A DNA stretch of 46,447 nucleotides from Roseiarcus sp. (GTDB lineage Bacteria; Pseudomonadota; Alphaproteobacteria; Rhizobiales; Beijerinckiaceae). Shown piece after piece: positions 19,085-30,781 of the stretch. The stretch covers positions 1 through 46,447 of the forward strand of contig DATJXI010000045.1 in NCBI GenBank assembly GCA_035500275.1, given 5' to 3'. Position 1 is the stretch's first letter. Every line of letters starts with the position of its first letter. The position numbers and the translations under genes were made by a program. A model generated the notes under the pieces. It saw only the letters and a list, made by a program, of their open reading frames with translations, was not told the origin of the DNA and did no database searches.

Positions 19085-19621
19085 CTAGCCTGGGGAATGC
19101 CTCGCTTTGCATGCCGCTCGGTCGCTTCTTGACGCCGCGCGACACCACCTCTCGGCTGCTCCACGTGCTGCGGCTTTCGCTCAGGCCAGCAAGATCCGCA
19201 AAAGCGGGCGGTCGGAATTTGGGTTCGAGGCGAAAAAGCCGCCACCTCAGCCTCAGTTCGCCCGCGGGTCGAGCAGGGGTTGTGTGCTATCGTTCAGGAA
19301 GGCGGCGGCGCAGTTCGCGAAACGAACCCCCGGAGCAGCCGAATTGCGGCGCCATCAATTCGGCGAAGTCCTCCTCGAACTAGGGAATCCGGCTGGCGGG
19401 GAAACCCCAGCGCGGGAGAAGCAGCGGGTCGAAATCGGGGCGTCCCCCGATCGTCGGCGCATACTGGGAAGCGGACGAACGTCCGCGCATTCTATGGGGG
19501 CGGCGCCTTTGATCGCGCTCGACGAAATGTGGCCTTGGCCGACGCGAACTCCGCGAACCAAAAGCGTCGCGGACCGGCTTCGCTCGGCAGTCTGGGTTCG
19601 GCCTGAGCCCGACGAGGGCCG

Positions 19622-21910
19622 ATGAGAACAACCCAGCTCTACCGCGACGCCGTCGCGCGGCTGCCGGCGAGCCTGAGATCCGCGGCGTCGAAGCTCTTGG
19701 GCAGACCGTCGGCGCGCTACGCCATCCTTGCGCTTGCCGCGCTTGCGGTGATCATCGTCGCGATGACGCAGATGGCCTCCGTCATCGTGGACCAGTGGTC
19801 GCAACGTGACGTCGAGCTCAGGGCTCGTCTCGTGTTCCGGTCGGTCGGGGAGCGCGTCATGCTCGGTCTGGCGGCCAAGCCCGAGGCCGATCTTCAACCG
19901 TTTTTCGAGCAGCTTGCGGAGGACGAGCGGCTGCTTGCCTTGGGTTACTGCAACCCGAAAGGGCAGTTGCTGTACGCGACCAAGTCGATGCCCGACGACG
20001 CGCATTGCCCGCCGCCCCCGCTGCCTAAGGTGGACACCTTCGAGGTCATTCGCGGCCACGGGGCGCCGATTTCACTGGCCGTCTTTCCCCTGTCGACGAA
20101 GGAGGACGAAGGGTCGCTCCTGGTCGTGCACGACCTTTCGTTCGTCGAGAAGCGAACGCGCGAGGCCGAATTCTATATGGCGCTCGCGCTCGTCGGCGTC
20201 GCAGCCGGCCTCGGATTGCTGGCGACGGCGATCGTGCTCGCGTTGCTGCGCGGCTGGACCCAGTCTTTACGCGCGGCGATCGCCAATTTCGGGCCAGGAC
20301 GGGCCGGCTATTCCGGCGCGCGGCAGGCGGAGCTGCCGATCGGTCGCGACATCGAGGCCATGCTTTCCGAACTTCGGCTGGAGCGCCGATATACGGACGG
20401 AATTCATGTGGAGTGGTCGCCGAAGACGCTGCATCAGCTTCTCGACCAGGAGTTGCCCGGCGCGCAGGTCATCGTCGTCTCGAATCGGGAGCCGTACATC
20501 CACAACCGGGTCGACGGCCGCGTGGTCCTGCAGACTCCGGCAAGCGGACTCGTTTCTGCGCTCGAGCCGGTCATGCGCGCCTGCGGCGGCGTCTGGGTCG
20601 CGCATGGCTCCGGCTCGGCCGACCGCGACACAGTCGACAAGCGCGACCGCGTCGCCGTGCCTCCCGCAAACCCGGCTTACGCCTTGCGCAGGGTCTGGCT
20701 CACCGACGCGGAGCAGGACGGCTATTACTACGGTCTCGCCAACGAAGGGCTTTGGCCGCTTTGCCACATCGCCTTCGTGCGGCCAACGTTCCGGGAAAAG
20801 GACTGGGGGTACTACGCCGCCGTCAATCGGCGCTTCGCCGATGTCGTCGTGGAGGAGGCCGACCGGGACGATCCGATCGTCCTCGTGCAGGACTATCAAT
20901 TCGCCATGCTGCCGCGCATGCTGCGCAGCCGGCTGCCACGCGCCACCATCATCGCATTCTGGCACATCCCCTGGCCCAACCCCGAGACGTTCGGTATCTG
21001 CCCCTGGCGGGAGCAGATCATCGACGGCCTGCTCGGCAGCTCGATCCTCGGTTTTCACACCCAGTTCCACTGCAACAATTTCATCGAAGCTGTCGATCGG
21101 TTCATGGAGAGCCGGATCGATCGCGAACGAAGCTCGGTCACGCTCGCCGGTCACGAGACTCTCATCCGACCGTACCCGATATCCATCGAGTGGCCCCCAG
21201 CGGCCCTGGAGCGGCAGGCGCCGCCGAAAGAATGCCGAGAGGCGGTCAAGACCCGCTTCTCGCTGCCCGCCGACGCGCGCATCGCGGTGGGGGTCGAGCG
21301 CTTCGACTACACCAAGGGCATATTGGACAGAATGCGGGCGGTTGACGCGCTCCTGGAGCATCACCCGGAGTGGCGCGGAAAGCTCGTGTTCATTCAGGCG
21401 GCCGCGCCGACCCGCAGCAAGCTCAACACGTACAAGGGACTGCAGGCCGAGGCCATCCGGGAAGCGGAGGCGATCAACGCCCGTTGGGGTCACGGTTCGT
21501 ACAAGCCGATTTTGCTGCAAATCCGTCATCACGAGCCGAGCGAGGTCTTCGAACTGTTTCGAGCCGCGGACCTCTGCGTGGTGTCGAGCCTGCACGACGG
21601 CATGAATCTCGTCGCCAAGGAATTCGTCGCTTCCCGCGACGACGAGCAGGGCGTGCTGGTGCTGTCGAGCTTCGCCGGCGCCTCGCGCGAGCTGTCGGAG
21701 GCGCTCATCGTCAATCCCTACGACACGCATGGCATGTCCGAGACGATCGATGCGGCGCTGCGAATGGACGCGAGCGTCCAGCGCGAACGCATGCGCGAGA
21801 TGCGCGAGCTCGTGCGGCAGCGCAACGTCTATCGCTGGGCCGCCCAGATGCTCCTTGATGCGGCGCGCCTCAGGCGGCGCGAGAGCATCGGCTATACGGC
21901 AGCAGCTTAG
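19622..21910 (+). CDS. otsA: Trehalose-6-phosphate synthase (GT20) with N-terminal 2TM/periplasmic domain
   Basis: [40 protein letters not shown]. The N-terminal ~270 aa contain two hydrophobic helices. Confidence 0.9.
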   Translation: MRTTQLYRDAVARLPASLRSAASKLLGRPSARYAILALAALAVIIVAMTQMASVIVDQWSQRDVELRARLVFRSVGERVMLGLAAKPEADLQPFFEQLAEDERLLALGYCNPKGQLLYATKSMPDDAHCPPPPLPKVDTFEVIRGHGAPISLAVFPLSTKEDEGSLLVVHDLSFVEKRTREAEFYMALALVGVAAGLGLLATAIVLALLRGWTQSLRAAIANFGPGRAGYSGARQAELPIGRDIEAMLSELRLERRYTDGIHVEWSPKTLHQLLDQELPGAQVIVVSNREPYIHNRVDGRVVLQTPASGLVSALEPVMRACGGVWVAHGSGSADRDTVDKRDRVAVPPANPAYALRRVWLTDAEQDGYYYGLANEGLWPLCHIAFVRPTFREKDWGYYAAVNRRFADVVVEEADRDDPIVLVQDYQFAMLPRMLRSRLPRATIIAFWHIPWPNPETFGICPWREQIIDGLLGSSILGFHTQFHCNNFIEAVDRFMESRIDRERSSVTLAGHETLIRPYPISIEWPPAALERQAPPKECREAVKTRFSLPADARIAVGVERFDYTKGILDRMRAVDALLEHHPEWRGKLVFIQAAAPTRSKLNTYKGLQAEAIREAEAINARWGHGSYKPILLQIRHHEPSEVFELFRAADLCVVSSLHDGMNLVAKEFVASRDDEQGVLVLSSFAGASRELSEALIVNPYDTHGMSETIDAALRMDASVQRERMREMRELVRQRNVYRWAAQMLLDAARLRRRESIGYTAAA

Positions 21911-21969
21911 CTGTACCTCACGGAACGCCGCCGCTCCTGGCGCTAGGCGCTTCGCGCCCGCCATGTTAG

Positions 21970-23514
<1,545 letters not shown>

Positions 23515-23584
23515 AGGCGCCGTTTTCAGCCGCGAACCGCGCCTTGACCGCCTATCGCCCGGTTGAGAACGCGCCTGCGACCAT

Positions 23585-24280
23585 TCAACCCCGCCTCGAT
23601 CCGCCCTGATCGGCGCCGGGCCGTCCAGAAGACCTGGTGATTTGTTCGATTTGCAGAAGGCCCGCCTTGTTCTCGGCGATCCAGGTTTGGGTCTCCCGGA
23701 CGATAGTGTCCTGACAGGCGGCGGCAAATTGCGAAACCCGACCGAGAATGGCCTTGGCGTCGTCGCCGGACAACGTGTCGGCGGCGCAGTTTAGCGCTCC
23801 GCGGACTTCGATTTCGAACGACCAAATGAGCTTGCTCAGCTCGGCTTCCGTAAGTCTGCTTCGCATCCATGCTGAGGAGTAGCCGAACGCCTGGTCCAGC
23901 AGGATCGCCCCAGCCGCGAGCCCAAAGAGGACGAAACCCAGCGGCGAAATCATCGCCTTCAAGTCTCCCGGGAGCTCCTCAACCAGACCGGCCGGAAGCA
24001 GTGGACAGAGCCCACCCAGGACGCCGAGAATCACCGCGGCGCGCCTCAATCGGCGCGACACTTTGCCCATCTTGCTGGCATTCCATGGATAGTACTTCAG
24101 GAGCTCTCTAGCCTTCGCCAACGCGCGGTCCACCACAGTCTCCAGAGACCCCCGGTCAACGCGCGCGTCCGATTTGATGAGACTAGCCGGCACGCCTGCG
24201 CTTTGAAGTTGCGTGGCGGGTTTGGCGGCGTCGGCGTCCTGGGCGCCGGCGTCCTCCGGTTGCTCGCCTTGCGCTGGCAA
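23585..24280 (-). CDS. SLATT-domain (2TM effector, SLATT_2-like) protein
   Basis: YY...K..SRRLR..AVILGVLGGLCPLL (TM1) and GFVLFGLAAGAILLDQAFGYSSAWMR (TM2) match the SLATT_2 pattern. Start codon uncertain. Confidence 0.75.
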   Translation of the reverse strand: MPAQGEQPEDAGAQDADAAKPATQLQSAGVPASLIKSDARVDRGSLETVVDRALAKARELLKYYPWNASKMGKVSRRLRRAAVILGVLGGLCPLLPAGLVEELPGDLKAMISPLGFVLFGLAAGAILLDQAFGYSSAWMRSRLTEAELSKLIWSFEIEVRGALNCAADTLSGDDAKAILGRVSQFAAACQDTIVRETQTWIAENKAGLLQIEQITRSSGRPGADQGGSRRG

Positions 24281-24678
24281 CCGCTGCGCGCGCGGCGGCT
24301 GCGTCGGTTCCCGCCACGAGCGGGACTATATTCTCAGCGGCAGCCGGCGCTTTCGCTGACCCGGCGGCATTGACGGCGCTGTCTCGGGGCGTCTGTTGAT
24401 CGCTGGTGGGTCCAATGGCGTCCGACTTGGTCGACCCCTCGCAAATTGGCTGAAGAAGAAATCCCTGTTCGCTAATAAAACGATACCCTAACCGAATCGC
24501 GCCCGCTTGTCATGCCGGCGCGCGAGCCGCCCCGCCGAGGGAGGAAAGCGCGCGAAGAATCTCGCCGGCGCCAGCTCTGGCAGTCGCAGACCAGGACCCA
24601 ATTCTGAATCCGACCTTTCCGGCGCCCCGCCGCCCTGATGTCGGAAGGCCTGGACCGACGTCCGCTTGCCCGCGATGC

Positions 24679-25629
24679 TTGGCGCCCTTCCGCTGGGCCG
24701 AGAAGGCGGCGTCGCTTTGTCCCGAGCTCATGGACAAAACGCCGGCTCCTTCGGTCGGGGACGCTCACGCCGGCAATTTCGGCCTTTGGCGGGACGCCCA
24801 GACGCGGCTCGTCTGGGGCGTGAACGACTTCGACGAGGCGGCGCGATTGCTGTGGCCGCTCGACCTCGTCCGGCTGGCGGCGAGCGTGCTGGCGGCGGTC
24901 GAAGCCGCCGACGCCTCAGAGGTCGCCGGAGCGGTTCTCGAAGGCTATCTGTCTGGCCTTAGCGACCCGCGCGCGATTGTGATCGAGCGGAAAACCGATT
25001 TCTTATGGCTTCGAGACGCTTTCATCTCGAACGATGACGAACGCCAGAAGTTCTGGAAGAAACTCGACAAGGCCAAAGCGGCCGATTGCGACCCCGCTGC
25101 GCTCGAGACCCCGCTCTTGACCGCCTTCGGCAGGACAAGCGACGTGCTCGTGGCCCGTCGCCAGGCGGGAGTCGGCAGCCTCCGCCGGCCGCGGTTCACT
25201 GCGAGCGGCGTTGTGAACAGCGGCCCGTTCGCCGCGGAGATCAAGGCGGCGCTCCCCTCCTGCTGGAGGGACGGCCGTGAGGCGGGCCTTGCCCAGAGCA
25301 TGGCGCACGGGCCCGCACGGTCGCCCGATCCGGCGCTTCGCTACGACGACAGCGCGACAGTTCCGTTCGTCATCCGTAGGCTGGCGCCCAATTACCGCAA
25401 GCTTGAGTTCGGCGAGTTGGAGCCGAAGCTCTCCGGTCGCCACCGGCGCGCGCTGCTCGGAGCAATGGGGATGGAGCTGGCGAGTCTTCATGTCGCGAAA
25501 GCGGGCGACGAGCGCGACGCGATCATGGGCGAGCTCAGCAAGCTTCCCGAGCGCTGGTTGAGCCGCGCGGCGTCACGGGTCGCCGACTGGACCGTCGACG
25601 AGTGGCGCGGCTTTGGCAAGTCCCACTGA
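24679..25629 (+). CDS. DUF2252-family kinase-like protein, possibly N-terminally truncated
   Basis: VGDAHAGNFG.WRD...LVWGVNDFDEA, DLVRLA, AGVGSL.RPR, RSPDP, RRLAP. Confidence 0.75.
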   Translation: MAPFRWAEKAASLCPELMDKTPAPSVGDAHAGNFGLWRDAQTRLVWGVNDFDEAARLLWPLDLVRLAASVLAAVEAADASEVAGAVLEGYLSGLSDPRAIVIERKTDFLWLRDAFISNDDERQKFWKKLDKAKAADCDPAALETPLLTAFGRTSDVLVARRQAGVGSLRRPRFTASGVVNSGPFAAEIKAALPSCWRDGREAGLAQSMAHGPARSPDPALRYDDSATVPFVIRRLAPNYRKLEFGELEPKLSGRHRRALLGAMGMELASLHVAKAGDERDAIMGELSKLPERWLSRAASRVADWTVDEWRGFGKSH

Positions 25630-25735
25630 GGCGCCGCAGAGAGCGCCGGCCTCGGTCTGAGGCTTGGCGCCCGCGGCTTTGCTTGCTACTCGACTGCCGC
25701 CGCGGCCTTTTTGAGGCCGTAGCGCAGAGGCTCGC

Positions 25736-27028
25736 ATGATCCCCGCCGCCCGCGTCGCCGCCGCCATCGAGGCACTGGCCGACATCGAGAGCCGACGCCG
25801 GCCGGCGGCCGACGCGATGAAGGATTGGGGCCTCGCCCATCGCTTCGCCGGCTCCGGCGACCGCGCCGCGATTTCAAGCCTCGTCTACGACGCGCTCAGG
25901 CGGAAAAGCTCGTCGGCCTGGATCATGGGCGAATCCAGCCCGCGCGCCGAAATCATAGGCGCGCTGAAGCAGACGCGCGGGCTCGACCTTTCGACGATCG
26001 AGGCCTTGTTCTCAGGCGAACGCCACGCGCCGTCGCGCCTCACGGACGTCGAGCGCGGGCGCCTCACCCATACGGATCTCGCGGGCGCGCCGGCGCATGT
26101 GGCGGGCGATTACCCGGATTGGCTCGCGCCTGAGTTCGAGGCCGCCTTCGGCGCGGATGCGGCCGAGGAGGGGAGGGCGCTCGCCGAGCGGGCGCCGGTC
26201 GATCTGCGCGTCAATCTCTTGAAAACGACGCGAGAGAAAGCCTTGGCGGCGCTCGCTCATCTATCGCCGGCGCCGACGCCGTTCTCGCCCATGGGCCTGC
26301 GCGTGCCGCTCCGGCCCAACGGGCGCGCCGTCGCGCTCGCGGCGGAGCCGGCCTACGTCAAGGGCCTCGTCGAGGTGCAGGACGAGGGCTCTCAGATCGC
26401 GGCGCTGCTCGCCGGGGCGAAGCCCGGCATGCAGGTCCTCGACCTGTGCGCGGGCGCGGGCGGCAAGACGCTCGCGCTCGCGGCGTCGATGGACAATCGC
26501 GGACAGATCTACGCGACCGACCCGGACGGGCGCCGCCTTACGGCGATCTACGAGCGGCTCGCGCGATCGGCCGCGCGCAACGTCCAGGTGCGCAGCCCGC
26601 GCGGCAAGGCCGACGTGCTCGCCGACCTCGAAGGGCGCTCAGACCTCGTCCTCATCGACGCGCCCTGCACCGGCTCGGGCGGGTGGCGGCGCAACCCGGA
26701 CGCCAAATGGCGCATCCGGCCGGGGGCGCTTGAGCAGCGCATCAAGGATCAGGACGAGACGCTTGAAAACGCGATGTGTTTCGTGAAGCCCGGCGGACGT
26801 ATCGTCTATATCACCTGCTCGGTCCTGCGGCCTGAGAACGAGGATCGGGTCGCCGCCTTCCTCGAGCGCCACACCGACATGCTGCCGGTGGACGCCGCGA
26901 CGCAGGCGCGCGCGGCGGGACTGCCGGCGCTCGCGGGGCGCGCTTCGCCCTTCGGCCCGGGCCTTCGGCTTACCCCGCGCACAACCGGCACGGACGGGTT
27001 TTACATCGCGATGCTGGCGAGGGTGTGA
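25736..27028 (+). CDS. RsmB/NOP-family m5C RNA methyltransferase
   Basis: EVQDEGSQ, DLCAGAGGKT, DAPCTGSG.WRRNPD, YITCS, TDGFY. Confidence 0.96.
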   Translation: MIPAARVAAAIEALADIESRRRPAADAMKDWGLAHRFAGSGDRAAISSLVYDALRRKSSSAWIMGESSPRAEIIGALKQTRGLDLSTIEALFSGERHAPSRLTDVERGRLTHTDLAGAPAHVAGDYPDWLAPEFEAAFGADAAEEGRALAERAPVDLRVNLLKTTREKALAALAHLSPAPTPFSPMGLRVPLRPNGRAVALAAEPAYVKGLVEVQDEGSQIAALLAGAKPGMQVLDLCAGAGGKTLALAASMDNRGQIYATDPDGRRLTAIYERLARSAARNVQVRSPRGKADVLADLEGRSDLVLIDAPCTGSGGWRRNPDAKWRIRPGALEQRIKDQDETLENAMCFVKPGGRIVYITCSVLRPENEDRVAAFLERHTDMLPVDAATQARAAGLPALAGRASPFGPGLRLTPRTTGTDGFYIAMLARV

Positions 27029-27041
27029 ACGAGAGAGCGCC

Positions 27042-28493
27042 TCATCCTGCCGCTCGCATCGCCCATGAGGCCTCCGCCGCCTCGCGCATGATCGCCCAGA
27101 CGGCGTCCACGTCCGCCGCTTCCGTCGCAAGCGCCCCGATCGACACACGCGCCGTCCAGCGTCCGTCGATGACCGCGGGCGTCAGATAGGCCGCGCCCGA
27201 GCGGTTGACGACCTCGACCCAGGCGGTCGTGTGCGCGTCGAGCGCCTCGCCCCGGAACGCCGCGCCGTCCGGCGTCGAAGGCTCGTGCCGGACGCAGACG
27301 GTCTGCAGATGAACCGGCGCGACGACGCGCCAGCCGGGCGTCGCGGCGACCATCTCGGCGAGACGGCGCGCATTGCCCATGTCCCGCCTGAGCCGTTCTT
27401 GAAGTCCGCTCACGCCCTGCTCGCGGATGACGAACCAGAGCTTCAGCGCGCGGAAGCGGCGGCCGAGCGGGATGCCCCAGTCGCGCAGGTTCTTGACCTC
27501 GGCGTCCGCGCCGGATTGCAGGTAGCTCGGATTGGTCGACATGACCCGCACAAGGTGCTGCGGGTCGCGGACATAATAGAGCGAGCAGTCGAACGGCGCG
27601 CCGAGCCATTTGTGCGCGTTGACCACCAGACTGTCGGCGCCTTCGACCCCGTCCCACATCGAGCGGCATTCCGGCAGGATCATCGCTCCGCCCGCCATCG
27701 CCGCGTCGACATGCAGCCAGACCCCGTGGCGCTTTGCGATGTCCGCGATGGACGCGACAGGATCGATCGCCGTCGTGCTGGTTGTGCCGACGGTTGCGAC
27801 GATGGCGCAGGGCAGATCGCCGTTCGCGGCGTCCTCGGCGACCATTTCGGCGAGCGCGTCGGCGCGCATGGCGAATTCGGCGTCATGAGCAACGAGCCGG
27901 ATGTTCTCGCGGCCGAAACCCGCAAGAAGCGCCCCCTTGTGGACCGAACTGTGCGCATGTTCTGACGCGTAAACCCGGAGCCTGCGCATTTCGCCCTGCA
28001 GTCCGCCGCGCGCCGAGGCGTAGCCGGTCGTGCGCTCGCGCGCGCAAATGAGCGCAACCAGCGTGCTCGTCGAGGCGGTGTCCTGAATGACGCCGCTCCA
28101 GGCCGGCGAGAGGCCGAGCATTTGCCGCATCCAGTCGGTGACGACTTCTTCGATTTCGGTCAGCGCGGGGCTCGATTGCCAGGAGAGGCCGATCACGCCG
28201 ATACCCGTGGAGACGAGGTCGCCGAGGATTCCCGCGGGCAGGGCGTTGGCGGGGAAATAGCCGAAGAAGCGCGGATGCTGCCAAAGCGTGAGGCCCGGCA
28301 GGACGATGCGGTCGAGGTCGCGGATCGCTTCGGCGAAATCCTCCGGCTCCGCCGGCGGCGCCGGCGGCAGCGCCTCGCGGATCTGCCGCGGTCTGGTCTT
28401 GGCCATAACAGGGCGATCGGGCAGGCTCCCCTGATAGTCCGCGAGCCAGTCGATGAGTCGGTGGCCGTAAGTGCGAAATTCTTCCGGGGTCAT
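27042..28493 (-). CDS. PLP-dependent aromatic L-amino-acid decarboxylase (group II)
   Basis: MTPEEFR, WQHPRFFGYFP, WQSSPALTE, AHSSV, GTT, LHVDAA, NAHKW (PLP Lys), PLGRRFRALKLW. Start re-assigned to 28493. Confidence 0.95.
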   Translation of the reverse strand: MTPEEFRTYGHRLIDWLADYQGSLPDRPVMAKTRPRQIREALPPAPPAEPEDFAEAIRDLDRIVLPGLTLWQHPRFFGYFPANALPAGILGDLVSTGIGVIGLSWQSSPALTEIEEVVTDWMRQMLGLSPAWSGVIQDTASTSTLVALICARERTTGYASARGGLQGEMRRLRVYASEHAHSSVHKGALLAGFGRENIRLVAHDAEFAMRADALAEMVAEDAANGDLPCAIVATVGTTSTTAIDPVASIADIAKRHGVWLHVDAAMAGGAMILPECRSMWDGVEGADSLVVNAHKWLGAPFDCSLYYVRDPQHLVRVMSTNPSYLQSGADAEVKNLRDWGIPLGRRFRALKLWFVIREQGVSGLQERLRRDMGNARRLAEMVAATPGWRVVAPVHLQTVCVRHEPSTPDGAAFRGEALDAHTTAWVEVVNRSGAAYLTPAVIDGRWTARVSIGALATEAADVDAVWAIMREAAEASWAMRAAG

Positions 28494-28629
28494 GGGCGGG
28501 CGCGTTCTCTTTGGCTTGACTTTTGTTCGAGCGCTGCACCACGGCCCCCTGAGGATTGTCAATCGGCGCGCGAGACGCGCGGGCTAAACTCCCGCGCCAA
28601 GACGCTTGAAATCTCTAATGGAGCCGCAG

Positions 28630-29262
28630 ATGACCGAGCCTGCCCTCAGGGGCCCAGCGATGTGGGACGAGCGTTATGGCGGCGAGCATTACGCCTATGG
28701 CCTCGAGCCGAACCGCTTTCTCGAGGCGCAGGCGCATCGGCTCAAACCCGGCATGAAGGCGGTTGTCCCCGGCGATGGCGAGGGCCGCAACGGCGTCTTT
28801 CTCGCTTCGCTTGGGCTCGACGTGGACACGCTCGATCTCTCCGAGCAAGGCGTCGCCAAGGCGCGACGCTTCGCGGTGGAGCGCGGCGTCTCGCTCAACG
28901 CCCTCCGCGTCGACGCGCTCGCCTGGGAATGGCCGGAGGAGATTTATGACCTCGTGGCGCTCATCTTTCTCCACCTCATTGAGCCGCATCGCAAGGCAGT
29001 GCACGCCAAGGCGATCCGCGCTCTTAAACCCGGCGGGCTTCTCGTGCTCGAGGCGTTCCGGCCCGAGCAGATCGAGCGCCACGCTGCCGGGACGCGCGGA
29101 GGGCCGCGCGATGCGGCGCTTCTCTATTCGCTCGACGCGATCCGCCGCGACTTCGAGGAAGAGGAGATTCTGATGCTCGATGCGGCGGAGGCCGAGATGA
29201 GCGAAGGCCCGCTGCAGGCAGGTATGAGCGCCGTCGTCCGCGCGCTTATTCGGCGGCGATAG
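28630..29262 (+). CDS. Class I SAM-dependent methyltransferase (TehB-like)
   Basis: WDERY...YAYG.EPN.FL, GDGEGRNG, LKPGG, GGP. Start ATG 28630 after GGAG. Confidence 0.9.
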   Translation: MTEPALRGPAMWDERYGGEHYAYGLEPNRFLEAQAHRLKPGMKAVVPGDGEGRNGVFLASLGLDVDTLDLSEQGVAKARRFAVERGVSLNALRVDALAWEWPEEIYDLVALIFLHLIEPHRKAVHAKAIRALKPGGLLVLEAFRPEQIERHAAGTRGGPRDAALLYSLDAIRRDFEEEEILMLDAAEAEMSEGPLQAGMSAVVRALIRRR

Positions 29263-29277
29263 CCGCATCCTGAAGAA

Positions 29278-29976
29278 TCACGCGACCTTCTTCTCGATGC
29301 GGGCGAACGGGCTCAGGCCCATCCACGAACCGATGGCGGCTTCGAGCCGCCTGCTGCCGGTGATGAGCAGCTTCCCCTTCTCCTTGGCCCGGTCGATCGT
29401 GGTGTAGCCCATCCAGATCTCGGTCATCGTCCTGAGGTCGGTCGAGAGATAAAGGTCGACGTCGAAACCCGGGTCGACCGAGCACAAGTCGACCTCCCGG
29501 TCGGGCTCGACGACCAGCCACCAGTTTCGGCGCGTGTCGGGAAGGTCGGTGAAAATGACCTGGATGGTGCTTCGCGAGGGCGGCATGGGCGTCGGATTGA
29601 TGTTGCGCCGCATGTCCCACATGAGAAGATTGGGGTCGAGCTTCTCGAGCGAGGCTTCCAGATCGATCCATCGCTGTCCCCAGCAGCCGATGGCCTCGAT
29701 GACCGGCTTAAGCTCCCGCCCTGCCTCGGTCAGCCGGTATTCGTAGAGGCCGGGCTCGCCGCTGACCGGGGCGCGCGAGACGATTCCCGCGGTCTCCAGG
29801 TCCTTCAGGCGCTTCGACAGAAGGGCGGGAGACATCCGGGGCACGCCGCGCCTGAGATCGTTGAAACGGGTCGACCCGGAAACGAGCTCCCGCAGGAGCA
29901 GCAGCGTCCACCGCGCGCCGAGGACCTCCGCGGCCATCGCCACGGGACAAAACTGATTGTAGCTACTGTCAGGCAT
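29278..29976 (-). CDS. HxlR-family winged-helix regulator with C-terminal SCP2-like domain
   Basis: YNQFCPVAMAAEVL, RWTLL, RFNDLRRGVP, LLSKRLK, YRLTEAG, LLMWDM, DLCSVDPG. AGGAGG RBS before ATG 29976. Confidence 0.93.
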   Translation of the reverse strand: MPDSSYNQFCPVAMAAEVLGARWTLLLLRELVSGSTRFNDLRRGVPRMSPALLSKRLKDLETAGIVSRAPVSGEPGLYEYRLTEAGRELKPVIEAIGCWGQRWIDLEASLEKLDPNLLMWDMRRNINPTPMPPSRSTIQVIFTDLPDTRRNWWLVVEPDREVDLCSVDPGFDVDLYLSTDLRTMTEIWMGYTTIDRAKEKGKLLITGSRRLEAAIGSWMGLSPFARIEKKVA

Positions 29977-30002
29977 CGCGAGCCTCCTTTCGCCTGCTCC
30001 CC

Positions 30003-30065
30003 AGTTCAGAAATTGCACCGGCCGGATTCAGTTCCAGAGCTGGCGGGGAACAAGCGTCTGTGAAA
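30003..30065 (+). repeat. Copy 1 of a ~63-bp imperfect direct repeat (operator/promoter block)
   Basis: AGTTCAGAAATTGCACCGGCCGGATTCAGTTCCAGAGCTGGCGGGGAACAAGCGTCTGTGAAA; aligns with 30640-30703 with 7 substitutions and 1 indel. Confidence 0.9.
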
Positions 30066-30639
30066 TGCCAGAAGGCGGCTCCGTTGAAAGATGTCCTTTA
30101 GGCTACGGTCCGCCGCGTCGGCGCGCAAGCCTAATACGCGCGCCGACAACGGATCGCCTAAAAAAGGGAAAAGCGTCCAATGTTCGATGGCTGCGGCCGG
30201 GGGTGAGGAGAAACGCGCAGTACCGAGCGCACCGGCCGAGCCGCCCGATCGGATCGCCGAACTAAGGAACTGACGATGCTCGCCCAGCCGAAGTGCCCAA
30301 CGCCCAATTCTCAATCGCAGGCAGTTCGTAGAGCGCAAGGAAAAACAAAGCTAGGCTGGCCAAAAACAAAATGGCCGCGCCTACGCCGGTCAGAAACTTC
30401 CGCAAGGTCCCGTCTCCCGCTATTATCTATTAAATCCAACCCTATGTCCCTATGTCATGATCGCTCAGCGAAGGCGCGCGCCAGCGGGAGAAGCGCCCCT
30501 GCTGTCGGCCCCAGAAAACTTGCGAGTGAAAGTCGTCATTCTGGCTCCCGGTTGAGCGCGGGGCAATGAAGCGTCCAGCGCGCCTTTCGCCAGCCGCCAA
30601 ACGACCGGGGCGCGCGTCAGGATCGCAAGCCTAGCCCCT

Positions 30640-30703
30640 AGTTCAGAAACTGTACCGGCCCGATTCAGTTCCAGAACTAGCGGGGGAACAAGCGTCGATG
30701 AAA
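30640..30703 (+). repeat. Copy 2 of the ~63-bp direct repeat
   Basis: AGTTCAGAAACTGTACCGGCCCGATTCAGTTCCAGAACTAGCGGGGGAACAAGCGTCGATGAAA; contains the palindrome AGTTC-ca-GAACT. Confidence 0.9.
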
Positions 30704-30781
30704 ACTCGCAGCCTGCGGGGCGGACCGACCTCGGCGCCGCCAGACCGAGCCTCGACCAAGCCCCGCCAGACGGAGGCGAAC

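Noticed and set aside
19090-19620. Gap upstream of otsA examined for otsB or an sRNA
   Set aside because: No HAD DxDGT motif noticed and the candidate ORFs look non-coding; nothing supportable.
30065-30569. Short ORFs inside the spacer between the 63-bp repeats
   Set aside because: No RBS, atypical codon use and no recognisable motifs.
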